From an uncultured Elusimicrobium sp. (GTDB lineage Bacteria; Elusimicrobiota; Elusimicrobia; Elusimicrobiales; Elusimicrobiaceae): 64,000 bases of DNA. The notes under the pieces are model-generated. The model saw only the letters and a list, made by a program, of their open reading frames with translations. It was not told where the DNA came from and made no database searches. A program made the translations under genes and the position numbers. Positions 50,010 through 58,859 of the stretch are shown here, piece by piece; the first letter of the stretch is position 1; each line of letters starts with the position of its first letter. The stretch is from contig CADBRU010000029.1 in the NCBI GenBank assembly GCA_902797165.1, positions 2,443 to 66,442 on the forward strand. Reading direction: 5' to 3'.

Positions 50010-50617
50010 TTTTTCAGTATCCGCAAGGCTTGTGGAATAATATTTTCAATTTTCTCATTGGGTTTTACACCGTTCTGATACAATTGTTCAATAGCACGTC
50101 GTGCTTCTGCCGCAGAAAAACCCAACGCCGTTAAAGCCTCCAGTACCTCGCTCATATAAGGGGCTTCGTCAAGTACCTGAATCTTGGCTTGACCCTGTAT
50201 GGCAATCGCGTCCATCTTATCCTTAAGTGAATTAATTAATTTTTCGGCGGTTTTGGAAGTAAAACCGAAAATGCCCGTTAAAATTTTCGGGTCACGTTTA
50301 ATAATTGCATTATGAAAATCTGCCACGGAGCGCAAAGCCTTGTTAAGTAAATCTAATGCTTTTTTGGCGCCGGTATTTGGAATAGCGGTTTTGAATAAAG
50401 TCCACAATTCTTTATCTTCTTTGGATATAAAACCATAAAGCATTGTGCCGTCGTAGGGAGAAATAGACTCGGCAATATATAATGTCACTTCGCGCCCGGC
50501 TTGCAGTTCGCTTAGGTTGTTTTTAGTCATATTGACTTCATAGCCCACACCGCCGCATAGGACGATTAGGCTTTCTTCTTTTATTTCCAAAATAGTTCCC
50601 TGTAAATATGCAATCAT
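50006..50617 (-). CDS. ruvA: Holliday junction DNA-binding protein
   Basis: MIAYLQG, GGVGYEV, LYGF, ALTALGF; directly upstream of ruvB. Confidence 0.92.
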   Translation of the reverse strand: MIAYLQGTILEIKEESLIVLCGGVGYEVNMTKNNLSELQAGREVTLYIAESISPYDGTMLYGFISKEDKELWTLFKTAIPNTGAKKALDLLNKALRSVADFHNAIIKRDPKILTGIFGFTSKTAEKLINSLKDKMDAIAIQGQAKIQVLDEAPYMSEVLEALTALGFSAAEARRAIEQLYQNGVKPNEKIENIIPQALRILKK

Positions 50618-50717
50618 ATAAGTATTCTAGCAAATATCGCGCGTGCGTACGGGTTTGTTTTATATTTTTTAGGATATGGAGCCATAAAATTTGTACACTG
50701 TTTAAAAGGAGACAATT

Positions 50718-51194
50718 ATGAATAAAGCATTTACCTTAATTGAATTATTGGTGGTGGTGTTAATTATAGGCATACTGTCTGCCATTGCCTTGCCGCAATA
50801 TACAAAAGCGGTAGGAAAAGCACGAGTTACGGATGCGGTGATTACTATGAAATCACTGATGGATGCTGAGGAAATATATCACATGGCTAACGGAGATTTT
50901 ACCTCTGATTTGTCGGAATTGGATATCACTATACCGACTAGCGGTAATTACACCTATAAATGCCACGAGACTCCGTTTAGCGGTGCTTGCGGAGCGGTAC
51001 CGCAAAAAGAGGGGTTGCCCGTACTAGAATTTTATCCGACGAATAGTTCCAGTATATATGCGGGAAAACGTTGGTGTCAGGCGTATGATGTTACCATGAG
51101 TGCGGCGGGTAAAGCAAAAGCGGTGGAAATCTGCAAAACATTCGGTCCGCAAGATACGTCTATTACGCATGCGGAATATCATTTGGTACAATAA
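50718..51194 (+). CDS. PilE-like type IV prepilin (copy 5)
   Basis: MNKA|FTLIELLVVV; SD AAGGAG; TACACT -10 at 50694. Confidence 0.9.
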   Translation: MNKAFTLIELLVVVLIIGILSAIALPQYTKAVGKARVTDAVITMKSLMDAEEIYHMANGDFTSDLSELDITIPTSGNYTYKCHETPFSGACGAVPQKEGLPVLEFYPTNSSSIYAGKRWCQAYDVTMSAAGKAKAVEICKTFGPQDTSITHAEYHLVQ

Positions 51195-51232
51195 TACATA
51201 GCACACGTTGAATTTACTTAGGAGAGTTTCTT

Positions 51233-51724
51233 GTGAATAAAGCCTTTACTCTTGGCAGACTAGTGGTAGTTATCTTGATTGTTGGCGTCTTGTTCGTGTT
51301 TGGTTTGTCACAATACCAAAAAATGGTGGGGAAAGCCCGCGTGGCGGAAACGAAAGCCAATTTGGATCGGCTAGACGAAGAGGGCATTCTGCATTATTTG
51401 GAAACGGGACGCGCCCCCACGGAGGAAGATGTGTCCTATTTTGCAAGAAACTTTGCCAATGCAGCAGATTGGGAATACGGAATGGATGAGTGTTGTGCAT
51501 CACTTAACGGGGACATCGGTTGTTCGTGGTATGCGACCTATAAAAAAGACGGTTTAACCGAAATCCACTATTCCGATTCCGATTATAACAGAACTTGCGG
51601 AGATGCGGCTGTTTTTATCGGATATTATTGCGTGAAAGGATCTGAAGGCGGGAAGGCGGGAGATTGCGAACAGTTCGGATTTTCTATCACGTCAGACAAT
51701 GAAATTTATTACGAAACTTTCTAA
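51233..51724 (+). CDS. Atypical PilE-like prepilin (copy 6; Glu5 replaced by Arg, GTG start)
   Basis: MNKA|FTLGRLVVVILIVG..QYQKMVGKARV, homologous to the copy 5 N-terminus. Confidence 0.8.
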   Translation: MNKAFTLGRLVVVILIVGVLFVFGLSQYQKMVGKARVAETKANLDRLDEEGILHYLETGRAPTEEDVSYFARNFANAADWEYGMDECCASLNGDIGCSWYATYKKDGLTEIHYSDSDYNRTCGDAAVFIGYYCVKGSEGGKAGDCEQFGFSITSDNEIYYETF

Positions 51725-52297
51725 TCATTTCCCGAACTTTTTTAATTGGGCGGCTTTGGCCGCCTTTATTTTTTCCAAAAATGCGGCTTGTACATGTATT
51801 TGGCGTGCCAGCGGGGCGGTTTTGTGATGGCAAATGGCAATAGCCACCGCATCGGCCACGTCGTCCGGTTCGGGCTTTTTATCTAAATTCAAGGTCAGTT
51901 GTACCATGCGTTGTACTTGCTTTTTATCGGCGGTGCCGGTGCCGCATAAAATCATTTTTACGCGTTTAGGGGGGTAAAAAGTGATTGCTTTGCCGGCTTG
52001 TTCGCAAGCCAAAATAATCACGCCGCGTGTCATAACGGTATTAGCCATGGTAACGGCGCGTTTTAAGAAAAAGTTTTGCTCCATGGCTACTTGATCGGGT
52101 TGATAAGTTTTCAAAATTTGTTGCAACTCATTATATATATAGTGCAAACGTTGCGGCAACTGTTGCCCGGCGGCGGTGTGAATCAAACCGCACGCAATGA
52201 GTGAGAGGGAATTTCGTTCACCGCGGCGCACAATGGCCCAACCGGTGCGGTCCAGTCCGGGGTCAATACCGAGCGTAATAGAGGAGTTGGTAGCCAT
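51725..52297 (-). CDS. ruvC: Holliday junction resolvase
   Basis: LGIDPG, AME, G.G.ADK.QV..MV, PDDVADAVAIA. Confidence 0.95.
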   Translation of the reverse strand: MATNSSITLGIDPGLDRTGWAIVRRGERNSLSLIACGLIHTAAGQQLPQRLHYIYNELQQILKTYQPDQVAMEQNFFLKRAVTMANTVMTRGVIILACEQAGKAITFYPPKRVKMILCGTGTADKKQVQRMVQLTLNLDKKPEPDDVADAVAIAICHHKTAPLARQIHVQAAFLEKIKAAKAAQLKKFGK

Positions 52298-52306
52298 AGT
52301 GTTTTT

Positions 52307-52340
52307 AAAAAACCGCCCGGTTCCTTACGGTCGCGGGCGG
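52307..52340 (-). terminator. Terminator-like hairpin after yebC
   Basis: CCGCCCG...CGGGCGG stem followed by T6 on the minus strand. Confidence 0.6.
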
Positions 52341-52358
52341 CAGTTGTTTAGTTAAAAC

Positions 52359-53114
52359 TTATTTGTCTAATTTTGCCATAATATCGTCGGGGATATTATA
52401 GTTAGAATAGACGTTTTTGGTATCATCGTGGTCGTCTAATTCTTCAATCATATTGAGTAAAGATTCGGCCACGTGTTCATCGGTGATATTTACTTCCGTA
52501 TCGGGCAGCATGGTAATTTCCGCCGATTCCGGAGTAATGCCTTTGTCTTCAATGGCTTTTTTCACCGCGTCAAAGGTAGCATCGGGAGCAGTGATCACCT
52601 CATAGGCTTCACCTTCGCTGCGCACATCTTCCGCGCCGGCTTCCAACGCTAAATTCATCAAATCATCTTCTCCGATGGCATCTTTTGCTACCACAATGAC
52701 GCCTTTGCTCTTAAACATATAAGATACACAACCGGAAGTGCCGATAGAACCGCCGCGGCTGGTAAAAATTTTGCGAATTTCGGCAAAGGTGCGGTTTTTA
52801 TTATCCGTGGTGCATTCTACGATTACAGCCGTAGAGCCCGGGCCGTATCCTTCATAAGTGATTTCTTCGTAAGATACACCCGGCAATTGCCCGGTACCTT
52901 TCATGATAGCACGTTTGACATTGTCTAACGGCATGTTGGCTGCGCGGGCATCATCCATGGCTTTGCGCAAGCGGGGGTTTTGATCCGGATTGCCACCGCT
53001 CATTTTGGCGGCAATGGTGATTTCTCTTAAAATTTTGGTAAATACTTTACCTTTCTTTGCATCAACGAGGGCCTTTTTGTGTTTAATACCGGCCCAGTGT
53101 GAGTGTCCACCCAT
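52359..53114 (-). CDS. yebC: YebC/PmpR family protein
   Basis: MGGHSHW..IKHKK, YEGYGP, TDNKNRT, LDDHDD. Confidence 0.95.
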   Translation of the reverse strand: MGGHSHWAGIKHKKALVDAKKGKVFTKILREITIAAKMSGGNPDQNPRLRKAMDDARAANMPLDNVKRAIMKGTGQLPGVSYEEITYEGYGPGSTAVIVECTTDNKNRTFAEIRKIFTSRGGSIGTSGCVSYMFKSKGVIVVAKDAIGEDDLMNLALEAGAEDVRSEGEAYEVITAPDATFDAVKKAIEDKGITPESAEITMLPDTEVNITDEHVAESLLNMIEELDDHDDTKNVYSNYNIPDDIMAKLDK

Positions 53115-53190
53115 AAATTGCTCCTTACTGCAAGATTAGATACTTTATTTTAGCAAATTTTATCAGAGAAATACATCTTAAAAAAAATAC

Positions 53191-53220
53191 TTGACGAATA
53201 AAAAAAAATTTATGTACAAT
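53191..53220 (+). promoter_or_regulatory. Sigma-70 promoter for tRNA-Arg and the downstream ORF
   Basis: TTGACG-N18-TACAAT with A-rich upstream sequence; the spacer contains A9. Confidence 0.6.
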
Positions 53221-53237
53221 GTACCCATCACACACTT

Positions 53238-53310
53238 GCCCCGTTAGCTCAACTGGATAGAGTACCGGTCTTCGGAACCGGTGGTTCGGGTTCGAATCCC
53301 GCACGGGGCA
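53238..53310 (+). tRNA. tRNA-Arg(TCG), CCA not encoded
   Basis: GCCCCGT-TA-GCTCAACTGGATAGAGT-A-CCGGT-CT-TCG-GA-ACCGG..GGGTTCGAATCCC..ACGGGGC-A. Confidence 0.9.
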
Positions 53311-53355
53311 TGGGAGTAAATTTAATAGGTGTGCAAAACAAGAAAGGAGAAGGGT

Positions 53356-53754
53356 ATGAAGAAAACATTAGGTATGGTCGTAGAAGACTTCTTGGCCAAA
53401 AACAAAAGAAAACAATATACGGCACATGAAATTGCAGAAGGTATTATGAAAGTAGAAACCGAATTCTGCGCCCGGAAAATGCAAAAGACCGGTAAAACAG
53501 AAAAAATACTTTTATTCCAATTAATGTCTGAAATCGCCGGACAATATCCTAAATTGCTTGCTTTTAACATTGGCAGAACGGAATTTAAACCGTTTAAATA
53601 TTTCTATAAAGTCAGAGCCAAAAAATTCGGCAGATATGTCAATAGAACTCCTGCTAAACCGGCTGCCAAACCCGCTGCCAAAAAGGCAGTTGCCAAAGCG
53701 ACGGTTAAAAAAGCAGTTGCTAAAAAAGCAGTACGCAAAGCCGCTAAGAAATAA
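53356..53754 (+). CDS. Small basic protein: winged-helix-like domain plus PAKK/AKKA tail (candidate nucleoid protein)
   Basis: SD AAGGAG; FL..N.RKQYTAHEIAE..LLFQLMSEI..KPFKYFY followed by PAKPAAKPAAKKAVAK...KAAKK. Confidence 0.75.
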   Translation: MKKTLGMVVEDFLAKNKRKQYTAHEIAEGIMKVETEFCARKMQKTGKTEKILLFQLMSEIAGQYPKLLAFNIGRTEFKPFKYFYKVRAKKFGRYVNRTPAKPAAKPAAKKAVAKATVKKAVAKKAVRKAAKK

Positions 53755-53954
53755 TAGTTATTATTAACTTATACTGCTTATCTGTTTTGAGCAAGTTTTA
53801 TTTGCTTTAAATGGGTAAGCAGTTTTTTTAAATAACGTATTAGATGGGAAATAGTGTATATTAATTATCCTTTTGATGTAACTAAAAAATATTACTTGCG
53901 TACTAAAGAAAATATTGCTTTTCTTTTGTACGATTTTATGGTATAAATATTCCT

Positions 53955-54650
53955 ATGAGATCCATTAAATTAACTGATCAGGTTGTTTGCCCGGATGGGT
54001 GTGAAGCCTTTGAAGCGGATCGTTGGACATTTATTAATGCCCAACAGGACCCCGAATTGAAAGAAGCCATTTTGGGTGGGGAACTGAATTTATTTTGTTG
54101 TCCGCAATGCCATAGTTTTTTCTATGGAGACAGTGATTTGATTTATTTAGATGAGGAAGCGGAATTATTGGTCTTTGCTTTTTCGGAGAAAAACCGTAAC
54201 CAACGTAAAAAATTGGAAGAAAAAATGAAGCATGACTATAGTTTGCTTAAAGATACGTTGTTTAAACAGGTCCGATTGGATGTAGGGCCTATGTATGTGT
54301 TTGGCCTAGAGGAGTTAAAAACTTTACTTCTTAAAGAACAAGCACGTATTGAAGAGTCGCAAGCGATAGCAGCCGCTGCGGCCGCTTTGGGGATGCCGGT
54401 AGCACGGTTGGTACCTCAGTGGGCGCGGGAAAACGATTTCCCTTTATATACGGCGGCTGGGACGGATGAAACGGCGAAAACCTTTGCCGATTCCGCCCGC
54501 AAGGTGCTTCAGGAGGGATTAAAAAGTCCGCTCTTAAAACACTTTGCCGATCAAATGCAGGGGGATGGCGCACAAGCGCCCAAAGTGTATTATGAACATA
54601 CCGAGAAAACACAAAGAAGTCTTAAAAACCATCGGCCAGTACGCCGATAA
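53955..54650 (+). CDS. CpXC domain-containing protein
   Basis: N-terminal CPDGC, IN...DPELKE.IL.G.LN...CPQC, LIY.D. Confidence 0.75.
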   Translation: MRSIKLTDQVVCPDGCEAFEADRWTFINAQQDPELKEAILGGELNLFCCPQCHSFFYGDSDLIYLDEEAELLVFAFSEKNRNQRKKLEEKMKHDYSLLKDTLFKQVRLDVGPMYVFGLEELKTLLLKEQARIEESQAIAAAAAALGMPVARLVPQWARENDFPLYTAAGTDETAKTFADSARKVLQEGLKSPLLKHFADQMQGDGAQAPKVYYEHTEKTQRSLKNHRPVRR

Positions 54651-55692
54651 GTTGGGATATAAAGCCTGGGTAGTAGGGGGAGCCGTCCGTGATTTTTATT
54701 TGGGACGCGATACCAAGGACTTAGATCTCACTTTTGAAGGTTCTCCGGAATCGGTAGCGAATTTTTGTATCCGCAATTGGGGAGGTGAAAAACGTAAATT
54801 CTCCCAATTCAACACCTACCGGGTATCTTTGGAAAACGGTTTAAAATTGGATTTGGTGCAAGCGCGTAAAGAATTTTATGCGCGGCCGGGTGCTTTGCCG
54901 GAAGTTACCTTTTCTACCATCAAAGATGATTTATTCCGCCGTGATTTTACCGCCAATGCGTGGGCGGTCAGTATTGCTCCTAAAACATTCGGTAAATCCT
55001 ATGACCCTTTCGGTGCGCAAAAAGCCATTGATGAGGGAGTCTTGAAAATCTTACACGACAAGAGTTTTTCCGACGATCCGACTCGTTTGTTCCGTGCGAT
55101 TCGTTTTGCCGGACGGTTTGGGTGGAAATTAGATAGAAAGACCGGGCTTTTACTGCAAGATGCGGTGCGGGAAGAATATCCGTTTGTATTGTCACGCGAG
55201 CGGATACGGCAAGAATTTGTCAAGATTTTAGAAGAAAAAAATGTACGCGAAATTTTTGATCTGTTGGAATATTATGAACTAATGCCGTTCATTTATCCGG
55301 GACTCAAATGGAGTGACGAAATAGCCAAAGGAAAAAGTGTGGCCGCCAAACTGGGCATTTGTGCCTGTTTGCTTAAAGATAGCGGGGCGGAATTTTTGAT
55401 AAGTTTACATCTACCTAAAGAACTTACCCACGAATTATTGGGTGCGCTGGCGGTATATGAAAGCCAAAAATCACCGCAGACGGCTTTAACCTCTTTGCAA
55501 GAAAGTATCATCCGTGCTATGTGCCCGGGCATTAAACGCACTGCGTTAGAGCCTTGCTTTATTAAAGGGCGTGATTTGCGGGAAATGGGTATCAGCGGGC
55601 GGAAAATTTCCGCTACTATGGACCATTTCGGTAAATTACAATGGGCCGGCCGTATCGGCAATAAAGAACAAGCACTCAGTTTGTTAAAGTAG
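54592..55692 (+). CDS. cca: Class II tRNA nucleotidyltransferase (CCA- or A-adding type)
   Basis: VGGAVRD...DLDL, ARKEFY..PGALP, DL.RRDFT.NA, SF.DDPTRLFRA.RF; probable start ATG 54592. Confidence 0.85.
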   Translation: MNIPRKHKEVLKTIGQYADKLGYKAWVVGGAVRDFYLGRDTKDLDLTFEGSPESVANFCIRNWGGEKRKFSQFNTYRVSLENGLKLDLVQARKEFYARPGALPEVTFSTIKDDLFRRDFTANAWAVSIAPKTFGKSYDPFGAQKAIDEGVLKILHDKSFSDDPTRLFRAIRFAGRFGWKLDRKTGLLLQDAVREEYPFVLSRERIRQEFVKILEEKNVREIFDLLEYYELMPFIYPGLKWSDEIAKGKSVAAKLGICACLLKDSGAEFLISLHLPKELTHELLGALAVYESQKSPQTALTSLQESIIRAMCPGIKRTALEPCFIKGRDLREMGISGRKISATMDHFGKLQWAGRIGNKEQALSLLK

Positions 55693-55708
55693 TGGTGAAT
55701 ATATATTG

Positions 55709-55737
55709 AAAACCCCCGTTTATAGCGGGGGTTTTTT
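55709..55737. terminator. Bidirectional terminator
   Basis: AAAACCCCCG..CGGGGGTTTTTT between convergent cca and msrA. Confidence 0.85.
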
Positions 55738-55739
55738 GA

Positions 55740-56237
55740 TTAATCAAACCGTTTGACGCGTAGGTGGCAATAAGGTTCCGTTCCTTTGCGCACGTAGTAA
55801 TTTTGGTGATAATCTTCGGCCGGCCAAAAAGTTTGTAAAGGCAATACTTGCGTGGCCACCCGGTAACCTTTGCTTTGTAATAGAGCAATTAATTTTTGCG
55901 CAATTTGTTTTTGCGTAGAATCAGCATAAAAAACAGCGGAGCGGTATTGACTACCGATATCGGGTCCTTGCCCGTCTGTCTGCGTAAAATCGTGGATTTC
56001 AAAAAACAGTTTGGCTAAACTTTCATAATCGGTTTGGGCGGGGTCATACGTTACGCAGACCGCTTCAAAATGTCCGGTTTTTCCACTGCGTACTTGCTCA
56101 TAAGTGGGATTATCCACGCTGCCGCCCGTGTATCCGCTTGTTACGTCCAGCACCCCGGGGGTGTTTTGCATAAGATGTTCCACTCCCCAGAAACAACCTC
56201 CGGCAAATACGGCTTGTTTAGTAATTGATGTTTTCAT
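55740..56237 (-). CDS. msrA: Peptide methionine sulfoxide reductase A
   Basis: AGGCFWG, SGYTGG, GH.EAV, QYRS, AEDYHQ.Y, YCH. Confidence 0.95.
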   Translation of the reverse strand: MKTSITKQAVFAGGCFWGVEHLMQNTPGVLDVTSGYTGGSVDNPTYEQVRSGKTGHFEAVCVTYDPAQTDYESLAKLFFEIHDFTQTDGQGPDIGSQYRSAVFYADSTQKQIAQKLIALLQSKGYRVATQVLPLQTFWPAEDYHQNYYVRKGTEPYCHLRVKRFD

Positions 56238-56293
56238 AATAGGTAATTATAGTGATTATGCGCGAAATCGGTTAAATAAGATTATATAGACAT

Positions 56294-56320
56294 AAAAATC
56301 CCCGCTTCAGCGGGGATTTT
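56294..56320 (-). terminator. Intrinsic terminator after pilin copy 7
   Basis: AAAAATCCCCGCT-tc-AGCGGGGATTTT. Confidence 0.8.
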
Positions 56321-56330
56321 GTGTTTAATT

Positions 56331-56930
56331 TTACAGAGAATAACTATTGTCCTCTACATAATCGGCTTGTTCAATACTTTCCACCAAGGCTTCACCGGAA
56401 GGATCATATTCGTCTGTGCCGCGGAATACGGCGCATAACTTTTCATCATTTTCCCTGTGTTCTTCTCCGGCGACGCATAATAATTTTTTCTCATTATCCG
56501 AATAAAATTGGGCCAGTTTGTAACTGTATTTGCCGCTGTTGACACGTTGTGCGACTACACCGGAATCGGGAGAAGAAATACCGTACAGCGTGACTTTATA
56601 TCCGCTGTTTGTACAATTGCCATCGGTAGGTTGTACGGGGTCTCGGGTGCAATATACACTGGAATTAGCATATTGCGCTTGTTCTTGTCCGCGTTTGGCA
56701 ATATCCAAAACCCGCCAATAACGGGCATACCGTCCCGAACTCATACGGTAGCGTTGCTGAGAAAGTATTACCGTTCCCAACCATAATTCAGCCTCAGATA
56801 TCCGGTTTTGCTCTATAGACAAAACATAGGTGGATAAGGCAACAGCAGATAAAATAGCAATAATCAATACCACTACAACCATTTCCATGATTGTAAATGC
56901 TTTTTTACATGCGATCTTACATTTCTTCAT
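56331..56930 (-). CDS. PilE-like type IV prepilin (copy 7, divergent N-terminus)
   Basis: MKKCKIACKKA|FTIMEMVVVVLIIAILSAVAL. Confidence 0.85.
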   Translation of the reverse strand: MKKCKIACKKAFTIMEMVVVVLIIAILSAVALSTYVLSIEQNRISEAELWLGTVILSQQRYRMSSGRYARYWRVLDIAKRGQEQAQYANSSVYCTRDPVQPTDGNCTNSGYKVTLYGISSPDSGVVAQRVNSGKYSYKLAQFYSDNEKKLLCVAGEEHRENDEKLCAVFRGTDEYDPSGEALVESIEQADYVEDNSYSL

Positions 56931-57019
56931 ATTTACTATTTAAATATCCTATTTTGTAATTAAATTTTGACACTACTATTCTAGTTTAGCAGTAATGAAA
57001 GCGGTAAATCAAGCGTTTT

Positions 57020-58153
57020 TTAGATGTTTTTGGCCAGTAATATAAATAAACCCAAAAACACCAAGCATAATAATAGTTTGGTAGCGCCTAAATGTTTCTT
57101 GAGGAAATTATTAAAGGTTTTAGACTCATAGCCGGCCATTGCCAACGCAAAAATGGCAATTAACGGCATAATAAACATCACATTATAAAGTAGTAAATAA
57201 AGCGTGGCTTTCATGCGGAAAGAAGGGTCTTGCATAATAAGCACTACCGTAGGTAAATAAACTTGCCCGGTACAAACCGCTTCCACTAAAGAGACGCAAA
57301 AGCCCACTCCCAGTGCCGCCACGGTAAGCCGCCATGTGCTATCGTGTTTATCACGCAAGAAAAAGTGCATAATTTTGTGCGTGAGAGTTTTAAGACTGGT
57401 GGGCAACTGCAAAAGCATTTTTTCGGATTTTCCGGTTTTGCGGTAAATGTAAAAATCGTAAACAGCCAAGACGAAAAAGAGCAAACATAAGACCGCTGTT
57501 AAAATATAAAAAGATTTTATAACCCAATAAAAACCTTTCAAAGCATACAAAAACCGGAATAACCCTAGGCCAATAAGTATATAAGCAATAAATACGGCCA
57601 CGCAATAAGCCGAGCCCACAATTAAAATTTCGCGGCGGGTATATTTATAGACGGTTAGGAAAGATACGAAAAATACAATTACCGCAAACGCACACGGATT
57701 AATTCCGTCTATGAGCCCGGCTCCGATAATTGCCCAAAAAGTGATTTTGGAAAAGGCGGCTTTTGTATCTTCTACCGGTGCGGCAATTTTGGTTTCTTGC
57801 CCAAGCAAACGGGCTTTTTCGATAGCATTTTCCGCATAGGTTTTTATTTCATGCGGATATCCTACCATATAGGTATCCCCTACAATAGCCGTCGGAAAAG
57901 CGGCCGGTTTACCGAATTGTTTGGCCGTTTGTTGTAAGCGTAGGTTATTATTATCTTTTGAAATGTCGTAGATGGTAAAATCTACGGTGTCTTTATATTT
58001 TTCTTGCAGAACGGGTAAATATTCATTTTCAAAATGCTTGCAGTGCACACAGGTAGGGCTGACAAAAATAGCCATTTCCACTTTTTGGGCAGATTGTGCC
58101 TGTAACACTAGCGCACATCCGCATAATAGGGCGGTGAGTAAAAACTTTCTCAT
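57020..58153 (-). CDS. Exported thioredoxin/glutaredoxin domain fused to a DsbD/CcdA-like membrane domain
   Basis: Signal peptide; CVHC and FPT; TM region with DGINPCAF and EAVCTGQVY. Confidence 0.8.
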   Translation of the reverse strand: MRKFLLTALLCGCALVLQAQSAQKVEMAIFVSPTCVHCKHFENEYLPVLQEKYKDTVDFTIYDISKDNNNLRLQQTAKQFGKPAAFPTAIVGDTYMVGYPHEIKTYAENAIEKARLLGQETKIAAPVEDTKAAFSKITFWAIIGAGLIDGINPCAFAVIVFFVSFLTVYKYTRREILIVGSAYCVAVFIAYILIGLGLFRFLYALKGFYWVIKSFYILTAVLCLLFFVLAVYDFYIYRKTGKSEKMLLQLPTSLKTLTHKIMHFFLRDKHDSTWRLTVAALGVGFCVSLVEAVCTGQVYLPTVVLIMQDPSFRMKATLYLLLYNVMFIMPLIAIFALAMAGYESKTFNNFLKKHLGATKLLLCLVFLGLFILLAKNI

Positions 58154-58154
58154 C

Positions 58155-58748
58155 TTAAAAACTTCCTTTAATAAAATCGGAAATGCCGTCCATGATCATG
58201 TTTACGGACATTAACACCAAGATCATACCGGATAAACGTTCAATAGCCACTAGCCCGCGTTTACCCAAAAATTTACTGATAGGGAAGGATAACGCCAGTA
58301 CCGCAGAATTGAAAACGGAAGCTACCAGTACCGCAGACAAGGTTACCATTTTGTTAGGATGCTGGGCAGATAAAATCATAATCATAGAAAGCACTGCCGG
58401 GCCCGCCACCAGCGGAATAGCCAATGGAACAATAAACGGCTCTTCATCACGCGGGTCAGAAGTGGGCTCCGTATCATTACCGAAAACTAATTTGGCGGAG
58501 ATGATAAACAAAATGAGCCCTCCGGCAATACTCATGGAAAAAGAGTGAATATCAAAGGCGCGCAGAAACCATCCGCCCATAAACAGGAAGATAAGCATAA
58601 TAACTACCGCAATGGCCAGTTCGCGAAAGAGTACTACTTTGCGACGTTCGGGGGATACTTTTTTAAGCGCGGAAATGAACAACGGAATATTGCCGAAAGG
58701 GTCCATAATCAAACATAAAGTGATAATAGAAGAAATAAATTGTTCCAT
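58155..58748 (-). CDS. MarC family membrane protein
   Basis: MDPFGNIP, IAGG..LF, VPLAIPLVAGP, ERL.G; start MEQF at 58748. Confidence 0.92.
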   Translation of the reverse strand: MEQFISSIITLCLIMDPFGNIPLFISALKKVSPERRKVVLFRELAIAVVIMLIFLFMGGWFLRAFDIHSFSMSIAGGLILFIISAKLVFGNDTEPTSDPRDEEPFIVPLAIPLVAGPAVLSMIMILSAQHPNKMVTLSAVLVASVFNSAVLALSFPISKFLGKRGLVAIERLSGMILVLMSVNMIMDGISDFIKGSF

Positions 58749-58859
58749 AACTGACTCCCGGTCCGCAAGGGACCTAATGAGTATATTATAGCATTTTGAT
58801 AGGTATCCTGCCCGACGCATCTACTGTCTGAGGGGCAAGTGATTTGCTACAATAATACT

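Noticed and set aside
53755-53954. AT-rich stretch downstream of the tRNA-Arg(TCG)-linked gene as an island boundary
   Set aside because: No duplicated tRNA 3' end, integrase or clear structure was found.
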